In this document: piece after piece, positions 56,201 through 64,000 of the stretch | Numbering within the stretch: position 1 is the first letter of the stretch | How the letters are laid out: each line of letters starts with the position of its first letter | NCBI GenBank assembly: GCA_044440125.1 | Contig: JBITAJ010000029.1 | Coordinates: 224,001 to 288,000 of the forward strand | DNA from: Sedimentisphaeraceae bacterium JB056 | GTDB lineage: Bacteria > Planctomycetota > Phycisphaerae > Sedimentisphaerales > Sedimentisphaeraceae | Direction of reading: 5' to 3' | DNA length: 64,000 nucleotides | The notes under the pieces: generated by a model | Told to the model about the DNA's origin: nothing | The model's input: only the letters and a program-made list of their open reading frames with translations | Databases searched by the model: none | Program-made: the position numbers and the translations under genes

Positions 56201-58792
56201 ATGAAGCAGATTCGTTTTATAGTTTATATCTTCGTTATTTTATTTTTATCTACGTCTTCGTTTGCATCTGAGGCTGTAGATAATGGATTTCTTCAATGGG
56301 ATAAACTTTCTGAGCTTCCGGCATCAGAACTTCAGGAACAAGCATTGGGTGTTGCCGGAGCTTTTGCGGGCATCAGTAACGATGCTCTGATTATTGCCGG
56401 CGGGGCGAACTTTGCAAAACCTTATTGGCAGTCAGATAAGCAGTGGCATGATGACATCTACGTCCTTGAGAGAACTGATGATGATTATAAATGGTATAGC
56501 GGTTTCAAACTTCCAAGACCAGTTGCTTACGGCATGAGCGTTACAACGGCTGATGGCGTTGTATGTATGGGTGGTTCAGATGCAGATCAATGTTATTCTG
56601 ATGTATTTATCCTAAAATGGGACAGAGATAATAAGAAGATAATAACTGCTTCTCTTCCATCTTTACCTGGCAAGTGTGTTTCTGGAGCAGCGGCAATTAT
56701 TGATGATACTATATACATTGCCGGTGGTCAAGGTGATATCTCTCTTGATTCGGCTATGAATAGCTTCTGGTCGCTTGAGCTCTCTCAAGATGTTTCTCCC
56801 GATTTGTCATGGGATAAACTTGCCTCATGGCCAGGCTTGCCAAGAGCCGCAAATAGTACTATTGCCCAGCATAATGGTCAAAATGATTGTATATATGTGA
56901 TAGGCGGCAGGTGTGTGGCTGATGGTGTTACTCAATATTTGAGCGATGTTTACGAATATAACACGGCAACAAAACTATGGCGTCAAAGGTCTGATTTGCC
57001 AATTTCACTTGCCGCATCTGCCGCAACTTCTGTTGGGCAGAGTCATATTTTTGTCTTTGGTGGTGATGATGGTTCTCTCATCGATAGGGTTGATGAGCTT
57101 AAGGGCAGTCATCCAGGTTTTACTAAAGATATATTTGCCTACCATACAATAACAGATACATGGACTAAAGCCGGGCAAGTGTCTCAAACCCAGGTTACAT
57201 CATCTGTTGTCAATTGGGACGGCGATTATCTGATTGTGAGTGGTGAAGTGAGGCCCCGTGAAAGAACTCCTGAGATAAGTCGTGGTAAGTTGGTGGCAAA
57301 AGCAAACAGTTTTGGCGTTATAAACTTTAGTACGCTTGGCATCTATCTGTTTGCGATGATTGGTGTGGGATTGTATTTTTCGTTCAGGAATAAGAATACT
57401 GATGATTTCTTCCGCGGTGGTCAGAGGATTCCCGGTTGGGCTGCTGGACTCAGTATGTTTGCTACGCTTCTAAGTTCAATTACATTTGTTGCAATACCCG
57501 CCAAGGTTTATGCTACTGATTGGACATATCTTACCTTGAACATGGCTATTATCGTTGTTGCTCCGTTTGTGATATATTGCATAATGCCGTTTTTCAGAAA
57601 GATTGATGCCACAAGTGCCTATGAGTATTTTGAGAAACGATTCAATGTTTTCGCGAGAATGTTTGCGAGTATTTCTTTCGTTCTATTTCAAATAGGGCGA
57701 ATGGCTATAGTCATGTTTCTACCGGCGATTGCTCTGGCAACGATAACTTCTTTAAGTGTTCAGCAGTGCATTCTCATTATGGGTGTGCTGAGCATTATTT
57801 ATTGCACAATGGGCGGCCTTGAAGCTGTTATCTGGACAGATGCCATTCAAACTTTCATACTCCTTGGCGGTGCATTGGTTAGTCTTGTGGTAGTCATTAC
57901 TAATATTGATGGTGGTTTTGCTGACTTTTTGAGTCTTGCTCAGGCAAGCGGCAAGTTTCATTCAGTAAATATTGATTTCAGCTCTACGAGTTTTATGACT
58001 ACTGCCTTATGGGTTATGATTATTGGCGGTTTAGGGCAATGTATTGTGCCGTACGTCTCAGATCAGGCTGTGGTTCAGCGGTATATGGCTGTTTCCGATA
58101 TTGAACAGGCAAGAAAAACCGTTTGGATAAATGCCATTACCTCAATCCCTGCGACACTCTTATTCTTTGGCGTGGGTACTGCCTTGTTTGTGTTCTATAA
58201 GAACAGCCCGGAAAAGCTTGATCCGAATTACCAGACAGATGCCATTTTCCCGCTTTTTATCGCACGTGAGTTGCCTGTAGGAATATCAGGACTTGTTGTC
58301 GCCGGTATTTTTGCTGCTGCCCAGTCTACAGTTTCCACCAGCATGAACAGTATATCAACGGTTGTTGTAACCGATTTTGTAAAGCGTTTCTCATTGCTTA
58401 AGACAGAGAAGGGCTATCTTAATCTTGCCCGATTTTGCACTTTTTTCTTCGGAGTACTGGGTACGGCATTGGCACTTCTGTTTGCAAGTGCGGATATTAA
58501 GTCGCTTTGGGAATCTTTTATGTCGGTTCTTGGTCTCTTTGGCGGCTCAATGTGCGGACTTTTCCTCCTTGGTATGTTTACAAAACGGGTTGGCAGTATA
58601 GCCGCTATTTCCGGCGCTGTTCTTGGTGCGGTTGTGCTGATGATGGTAAAGACATACACTCATACTTCCGTTTTGCTCTATGCTTCTATCGGTATTGTCT
58701 CTTGTTTTATAATTGGCTATTTGCTTTCAATGATTCTTCGGGAAAAACCGAACGTTCTCACTGATCTCACGATATATACCATTGAAAAGTGA
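56201..58792 (+). CDS. Fusion of NanM-like Kelch beta-propeller and sialic-acid-type sodium:solute symporter
   Basis: Signal peptide; GVAGAFAG, IAGGANF, SGEVRPRERT Kelch/NanM-like motifs; then DDFFRGG.RIP.WAAGLS.FATLLSSITF..IPAK, DQ.VVQRY, FAAAQST.S. Confidence 0.88.
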   Translation: MKQIRFIVYIFVILFLSTSSFASEAVDNGFLQWDKLSELPASELQEQALGVAGAFAGISNDALIIAGGANFAKPYWQSDKQWHDDIYVLERTDDDYKWYSGFKLPRPVAYGMSVTTADGVVCMGGSDADQCYSDVFILKWDRDNKKIITASLPSLPGKCVSGAAAIIDDTIYIAGGQGDISLDSAMNSFWSLELSQDVSPDLSWDKLASWPGLPRAANSTIAQHNGQNDCIYVIGGRCVADGVTQYLSDVYEYNTATKLWRQRSDLPISLAASAATSVGQSHIFVFGGDDGSLIDRVDELKGSHPGFTKDIFAYHTITDTWTKAGQVSQTQVTSSVVNWDGDYLIVSGEVRPRERTPEISRGKLVAKANSFGVINFSTLGIYLFAMIGVGLYFSFRNKNTDDFFRGGQRIPGWAAGLSMFATLLSSITFVAIPAKVYATDWTYLTLNMAIIVVAPFVIYCIMPFFRKIDATSAYEYFEKRFNVFARMFASISFVLFQIGRMAIVMFLPAIALATITSLSVQQCILIMGVLSIIYCTMGGLEAVIWTDAIQTFILLGGALVSLVVVITNIDGGFADFLSLAQASGKFHSVNIDFSSTSFMTTALWVMIIGGLGQCIVPYVSDQAVVQRYMAVSDIEQARKTVWINAITSIPATLLFFGVGTALFVFYKNSPEKLDPNYQTDAIFPLFIARELPVGISGLVVAGIFAAAQSTVSTSMNSISTVVVTDFVKRFSLLKTEKGYLNLARFCTFFFGVLGTALALLFASADIKSLWESFMSVLGLFGGSMCGLFLLGMFTKRVGSIAAISGAVLGAVVLMMVKTYTHTSVLLYASIGIVSCFIIGYLLSMILREKPNVLTDLTIYTIEK

Positions 58793-59026
58793 TATCGAAG
58801 CTTAGATTTTTGAAGAAAAGGTGAAAATAGCGGTTTATTGCATTAAAAAAGCGAAGAAAATTGCAATTATGCAATAAATTTCTTGCCTAAGTGCCCCTTT
58901 ATAACTTATCATAACAGCATATATGTCGTGTTCCCACTGCTCATTTCAGAGTTTTAGTGTGTGCTTGGGGTTTGCTGTTTCAGCGGCATTTTGGATTAAT
59001 GAACATTACAAAACGGAATTTGTATA

Positions 59027-60172
59027 ATGTTATACCACCTTCTTAAATCAAGCGAAGAGCTAATGCACAAGGTAGGCTTCTATGCTTATCAAGATGTCGC
59101 ATTCCGCGCTACTTTTGCGTGCATACTCAGTTTTGTGTTTTGCATGATCTTTGGCCCGCGTGTTATTAGCTGGCTTAAAGCTCGCAAAATCGGCGATAAA
59201 GCCGAGTTCAACAATGCCCGCATGAACGAGCAGATGAAGAGTAAGAAGAATACCCCCACAATGGGCGGTATTATGATACTTATATCCATAATCGTAAGCA
59301 CCTTGCTTTGTGCCGACCTTACCAATCCATTCATACAGAAGGCTCTGATTATCATACTGTGGTATGGTGCGATTGGCGGCATAGACGACTGGTGTAAGCT
59401 CAATGCTTCCGCCGGCAGCCGTGATGGACTTTATCCATGGGAAAAGCTGGTGGCTCAGTTTGGCGGGGCGATGATTATTGCGGGCTTTCTGTACTTCGAT
59501 TTTGAAAAGATACCTGACGGCAAGATGCTGTGGATACCATTCTACAAGCACGGCATATACCTGCCGGTTTGGGGGTTTGTGCTTATCGGTTTCTTCTATA
59601 TCAGTGCGACGAGCAATGCCGTGAACCTGACTGACGGAATGGATGGCCTTGCATCAGGCTGCACGGCGATAGTTACGGCTGTGCTTATGTTTCTGTGCTA
59701 CGTCGTTTCCGAGTTCACAACCCGCAGCAGTGATATTACCTGGGCTCAAAGCCTGCTGCTGCCGCATATCCCGCATGCCGGTGAACTTACAGTGTTCTAT
59801 GCCTCGATGCTTGGCTCTATACTCGGGTTTATGTGGTTCAACTGCTATCCGGCCGAGGTGTTTATGGGCGATACCGGTTCATTGCCGCTTGGTGCGGCTA
59901 TCGGCTACGGTGCGATAGTGACGCGTAACGAGGTGCTGCTGCTTATAGCCGGTGGTGTATTTATATGGGAGCTTTGCAGTGTTATGCTGCAGGTCGGCTA
60001 TTTCAAATACACCAGAAATAAGTACGGTCAGGGGCGTCGAATCTTCAAGATGGCACCGGTTCACCACCACTATCATATGAAGGGGTGGTCTGAGCAGAAA
60101 GTTGTTGTGAGGTTCTGGCTGCTTAGTCTGCTGTTTGCTATGGTTGCTCTGCTTACGCTCAAGCTAAGATAA
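59027..60172 (+). CDS. mraY: Phospho-N-acetylmuramoyl-pentapeptide transferase
   Basis: KKNTPTMGG, GGIDD, SNAVNLTDGMDGLA, FNCYPAEVFMGDTGSL, RIFKMAPVHHH, GWSE.KVV.RFW. Confidence 0.97.
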   Translation: MLYHLLKSSEELMHKVGFYAYQDVAFRATFACILSFVFCMIFGPRVISWLKARKIGDKAEFNNARMNEQMKSKKNTPTMGGIMILISIIVSTLLCADLTNPFIQKALIIILWYGAIGGIDDWCKLNASAGSRDGLYPWEKLVAQFGGAMIIAGFLYFDFEKIPDGKMLWIPFYKHGIYLPVWGFVLIGFFYISATSNAVNLTDGMDGLASGCTAIVTAVLMFLCYVVSEFTTRSSDITWAQSLLLPHIPHAGELTVFYASMLGSILGFMWFNCYPAEVFMGDTGSLPLGAAIGYGAIVTRNEVLLLIAGGVFIWELCSVMLQVGYFKYTRNKYGQGRRIFKMAPVHHHYHMKGWSEQKVVVRFWLLSLLFAMVALLTLKLR

Positions 60173-61240
60173 TCACGATTGCTCAGCGATTACGATAACC
60201 GAATCCTTGTCGATGCTGATCCATACGGCATCGTCTGGATTGAAGTTGCCGGCTGTGGTTGAGAGCATAAGCGATTTCCACTTTTGCCCGTCACCGGTTT
60301 TAAGTTCTATCTGCGTCAGTTCGCCGAGATATGTTATTTCGGTGATAGCGGCTGTAAATACGTTGTCAGATTCGGGTTTTTCCGGCGATACTATTGTGTT
60401 TTCAGGACGCACACCACAACGCACTTTTTGACAATCAGGCATTTGCATGGTTGTGTGGATTATTCCAAGCGATGTCTTAGCGGAGTTTGTTCCGTTCTTT
60501 TCGCCGTTAATGAAGTTGCATTCTCCGATGAAGTTGGCAACGAATGATGTCTGCGGTTTCTGATATATTTGCCGCGGCGTGCCGATTTGCTCGATTACTC
60601 CGTTATTCATCACCGCGATTCTGTCGGCCATTGCCAGTGCTTCCTTCTGGTCGTGCGTTACGTATATAGCCGTATACCCGCTTTTTTTGACGAGCTTTCT
60701 TAGCTGTTGCCGCATCTGGAGACGCAATTTTGCGTCAAGGTTGCTTAGCGGTTCATCAAGAAGAAGGCAGTTTGGCCGCGATGTTATCGCACGTGCCAAA
60801 GCAACTCGCTGCTGTTGACCGCCTGATAGCTGGGTTGGTTTTCGTGATGCAAGATTTTCCATTTCGACCAGTTGTAGGCTTTTCAGGGCTTCTTCTTTTC
60901 GCTGATCCTTTGGGACAGCCTTTGTCTCAAGCCCGAATTCCGTGTTTTTTTGTACCGTCATGTGCGGCCAGAGTGCATAATTCTGGAATACCATAGCACT
61001 GTTGCGTTTGCCGGCTTCAAGGTTGGTTACATCCTTGCCGTTGAACAGAATCTTACCGGAAGTTGGTTCGATAAGACCGGCGATTATACGCAGCAGGGTT
61101 GTCTTGCCGCAGCCGCTTGGTCCCAGTAGAAAGAAGAATTCGCCCGGCTCGATTTCTATATCGATATTCTCAAGCACACGGGTTTCTTTCCTGCCGTTGC
61201 TGAAGCTTTTCTGTATGTTTTCAATCTTGATTCCAGTCAT
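60173..61240 (-). CDS. ABC transporter ATP-binding protein (Fe3+/polyamine type)
   Basis: GPSGCGKT, VFQNYALWPHMTV, LSGGQQQRVALARA, LLLDEPLSNLD, VTHDQ; TOBE-like tail. Confidence 0.95.
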   Translation of the reverse strand: MTGIKIENIQKSFSNGRKETRVLENIDIEIEPGEFFFLLGPSGCGKTTLLRIIAGLIEPTSGKILFNGKDVTNLEAGKRNSAMVFQNYALWPHMTVQKNTEFGLETKAVPKDQRKEEALKSLQLVEMENLASRKPTQLSGGQQQRVALARAITSRPNCLLLDEPLSNLDAKLRLQMRQQLRKLVKKSGYTAIYVTHDQKEALAMADRIAVMNNGVIEQIGTPRQIYQKPQTSFVANFIGECNFINGEKNGTNSAKTSLGIIHTTMQMPDCQKVRCGVRPENTIVSPEKPESDNVFTAAITEITYLGELTQIELKTGDGQKWKSLMLSTTAGNFNPDDAVWISIDKDSVIVIAEQS

Positions 61241-61337
61241 TTTTATTACGCTGCAAACTGTTTTCGGTTTTAAGTTTCAAATGATGATATCTTCTAATAA
61301 TACCACCATATCCAGCAAATACAATGTCAATATTGGG

Positions 61338-63053
61338 TTATGTTCTGAAAATTGCTCCGAGGCGTTTTCCCATTAGTAATGATGCAGTGAGCATTGAACC
61401 GCCGAGTATTATCATTCCTATTACGCCGAGGGCAGCGGCAATATTGATTGATTCGGGGCTTGCATCAAGCGTTGTATACATCTGTTTCGTTATGGGGTAA
61501 TGAGCCTGCTGCTGAGCAAGGACGAGCGAATCACTCACCTCAAGCATTGCGAATGAAAACGTAAGAACCGCAGCACCAATAATATTGGCACTTATCAGCG
61601 GTGTTGTGATCTGCCATATTGTTTTGAGCTTACCGGCTCCGAGATTGGCGGCCGCCATTTCGAGGCTTTCGGGTATCTGTTCAAGCCCGGAGCATACGCC
61701 GCGAACCACGAACGGCACGCGTCTGACAGAATAAGCGATTACGATAATCCAGAAGGGATTGTACATCGGGCCTATCTTCTCAAGCGGCGAGCCGATGACG
61801 GTAAGAGCGATATAACCGGCGGCAAGTATCAGCCCCGGCACTGCCAACGGAAGCATCATAAGCCCATCAAGCAGTCTGTATCCTTTAAGCTTACTGCGGA
61901 CAATCAGCCATGCGGCGGTTGTTCCGAGGGCTATATCAATCAGCGTTGAAACAGACGCATAGCGTATACTGTTGAGTATGCTTGTGCGTGTTTGCGGCTG
62001 AGTAAACGCGTATTTGATATACTTGATTGTGTAGCTCTCCGGCAACACGGAGTTTATCCATTTATCAGAGAAAGCCGTCAATACTACGCCAATATGCGGC
62101 AGTATGGCAGCGAAAATCACAATAATAAATAACAGCCATGTAAACACGGTTGCGATGGGTGAAAGTTTCTTTGTGTCGGCGGAGATGGAGGCTTTGGCTG
62201 AATCAACTTTTATCGGCTTGCCGAAGATGAATTTGCCCAACACGTAGAACAGTACCGATGCCAGAAGCAGGATTATCACAAATCCGTACGCACTGCCGTC
62301 AATGTTGGATTGTTTTAGCTCGTTGAATATTTTCACCGCCGCCAATTCGTTATAGTCGAAGATAAGCGGTGTGCCGATGTCGGTAAACGCCCAGATGAAT
62401 ACGATTGAACCACCGGCAAAGATTCCGGGGCGGATAAGCGGCAGCGTGATACGGAAAAATGTACGTAAGCGTGATGAGCCGCAGCTTCGGGCGGCCTCGT
62501 AATACATCGGATCGAGATTGGATAAGCTGGCGGTGAGGTTGAGATACATTATAGGAAACAGGTGGAGAGCCTGAAGTATGACAACCGCGGCAAACCCTGT
62601 GCCAAGCCAATCGTATGCGTTTGTGATGTCGATGATGCCAAGCTCTGCGAGCAGGCGATTTAGTGTACCGTGCTGGGCGAAGAATCGCTTTACCGAAAGA
62701 GCACCGACAAACGGCGGCAGTATCAGCGGCAGAAGCAGAAGCCCGCTGAGTATGTTGCGGCCGGCGAATTGTCTGCCGCTTGTGAGCAGAGCAAGCGGGA
62801 TGGATATTACAAGCACCGCAAACGAAGTATACAACGCCAGCAGGAAGCTGTTTGTCAGACAGCCCATCAGATACGGGTCGCTGAATATCGTCTTGAGCCA
62901 GTAGATACTCAAGTTTCCATCAAGCATCACGCCTTCTTTTACCGCCAGGCATATCGGGTAAAGAAAGAAGGCGGCGAAAAATGCGATGATAGCAAATTGC
63001 AGCCACGGTGCGGCGTTCAGAAAGCGGCGTTTTATGTTTGCGATTATTGGCAA
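61338..63053 (-). CDS. ABC transporter permease, FbpB-type (two fused permease domains)
   Basis: Two EAA loops (YYEAARSCG, LEMAAANLGA), LPPFVGA, FTDIGTP. Confidence 0.9.
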   Translation of the reverse strand: MPIIANIKRRFLNAAPWLQFAIIAFFAAFFLYPICLAVKEGVMLDGNLSIYWLKTIFSDPYLMGCLTNSFLLALYTSFAVLVISIPLALLTSGRQFAGRNILSGLLLLPLILPPFVGALSVKRFFAQHGTLNRLLAELGIIDITNAYDWLGTGFAAVVILQALHLFPIMYLNLTASLSNLDPMYYEAARSCGSSRLRTFFRITLPLIRPGIFAGGSIVFIWAFTDIGTPLIFDYNELAAVKIFNELKQSNIDGSAYGFVIILLLASVLFYVLGKFIFGKPIKVDSAKASISADTKKLSPIATVFTWLLFIIVIFAAILPHIGVVLTAFSDKWINSVLPESYTIKYIKYAFTQPQTRTSILNSIRYASVSTLIDIALGTTAAWLIVRSKLKGYRLLDGLMMLPLAVPGLILAAGYIALTVIGSPLEKIGPMYNPFWIIVIAYSVRRVPFVVRGVCSGLEQIPESLEMAAANLGAGKLKTIWQITTPLISANIIGAAVLTFSFAMLEVSDSLVLAQQQAHYPITKQMYTTLDASPESINIAAALGVIGMIILGGSMLTASLLMGKRLGAIFRT

Positions 63054-63071
63054 GTGCGTGTCCTCTTTCGA

Positions 63072-64000
63072 TTACTGCTGAGATTGCGAGATAATGTCGG
63101 CGTATTTCTCACGGTAGAATTGTGCCCATTTGCGGCGGAGTTGTTGACGATAGGTGTCATCCGCGAGCTTGCCGTGAACCTCTTTGAGCTGCTCAACGGC
63201 AGTTATCTCTTCGGGCAGTTCGTAGAATTTGTCTTTAAGCGACTGATTGTCAGTGCTGTCGATTATCGTTTTGACTTTGTGCAGACTGCCGCCGGCATCA
63301 ATCGCCGCCGCTCTTACCAGCTCGATCATTACATCATAACGCTGCGTACGCAAATCCGCATCAACGTTTATCGGGTCGCTGCTGTATGGTTTGACCAGCC
63401 ACTCAGGCATTTTGTCGGCATACTTATTGTAGAAATCCTTGCGAATCGGCGGTCTGTTTAGGCAGCTTTGCTCAGGGCCAAGCTCTTCGCCTGGTTTCAA
63501 TCCCCACAACGCCTGCCCTTCAAAGCTTAGGACATAGTCAACAAAGCGGATGGCTGTTTGGCTGTCTGGTGGATTCTTGAGTATTGAAATAGGGTCGGGT
63601 GTGAAGCCGGTTCCGTTTTTCGGGCTTACGTATCCGAGTTTGTCGGGAGCCTGCACCACCGCAAGGGCTCCATAATAATCGATGCATGCGGCAATCACCG
63701 CTTCACCGATAACGGGGGCGTTTGTGGCGGCACTGCTGCTGCTTGTAAACTTCTTGGCGTTGGCAAGCAGATTCAAAAGCTTTTGCCATCCCTTGTGCCA
63801 ATCGCTTTCCGATTGCAGTATCATCTCGTATGCCGCGGCAATTGATGATGACTGGCTCGGGTCGGCAAGCATGATTTGTCCGCAATATTCTTCTTTGCCA
63901 AGATCGCTCCAGCTTTCGGGCTTATTGAGATTTAACTGGCTGAGCAGTTCCTTGTTGTATAGAAAGCCGAAACTGCTGAGGACAGTGCCATGCCAGAGAT
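63072..64000 (-). CDS. ABC transporter substrate-binding protein (5' end outside the window)
   Basis: Frame stays open to the window edge (LSSFGFLYN...PESWSDL...ADPSQSSS...TPDPISILK...FVDYVLS.EGQ). Confidence 0.88.
   Translation of the reverse strand, partial: LWHGTVLSSFGFLYNKELLSQLNLNKPESWSDLGKEEYCGQIMLADPSQSSSIAAAYEMILQSESDWHKGWQKLLNLLANAKKFTSSSSAATNAPVIGEAVIAACIDYYGALAVVQAPDKLGYVSPKNGTGFTPDPISILKNPPDSQTAIRFVDYVLSFEGQALWGLKPGEELGPEQSCLNRPPIRKDFYNKYADKMPEWLVKPYSSDPINVDADLRTQRYDVMIELVRAAAIDAGGSLHKVKTIIDSTDNQSLKDKFYELPEEITAVEQLKEVHGKLADDTYRQQLRRKWAQFYREKYADIISQSQQ

Noticed and set aside
58900..59026. Possible leader RNA upstream of mraY
   Set aside because: No convincing stems or known motif seen.
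62670..63461. 263-aa plus-strand ORF
   Set aside because: Antisense to the ABC permease and binding protein in a GC-richer region; no motifs.
1..64000. CRISPR arrays, tRNA/rRNA genes, transposases, integrases, defence systems
   Set aside because: None seen; intergenic gaps are short and all long ORFs are otherwise explained.

Overview
About 59 kb of this window is a carbohydrate-utilisation island, almost entirely on the + strand, followed by a visibly more GC-rich housekeeping block (mraY and an iron-type ABC transporter). The gene style suggests a Planctomycetota genome, probably Phycisphaerae/Sedimentisphaerales (inference). That style includes prepilin-type 'FTLIELL...H-X9-DG' proteins, acidic secreted proteins with a Cys-bracketed single dockerin-like motif, and no SusC/SusD. 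The island has four regulated units. (1) An FGGY kinase divergent from a LacI-led operon of dockerin-tagged secreted proteins, a pseudopilin, a beta-helix protein, redox enzymes and an SSS transporter (1-14.4 kb). (2) Two tandem LacI paralogues heading a ~30 kb operon of putative binding proteins, a pseudopilin, GH-A/GH2/GH130/GH127-like/BNR enzymes, a sulfatase, an esterase, MFS transporters and an unusual aldolase/kinase/ADH block; a separately promoted 1.2-kaa enzyme follows and carries the same operator (14.6-49.3 kb). (3) An AraC-linked glycyl radical enzyme of unassigned subfamily with its activase and a CMD protein. (4) A GntR-LacI regulator, an atypical NAL/DHDPS aldolase and a NanM-like Kelch/SSS fusion. 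The most notable signal is a Rosetta-stone pattern. An unassigned ~190-aa Trp-rich module and a GH-A enzyme occur as separate dockerin-tagged proteins, and also as one fused protein that lacks the tag. This suggests a tag-assembled extracellular glycan-degrading complex, possibly linked to the pseudopilins. No rRNA, tRNA, CRISPR array or mobile element was seen.
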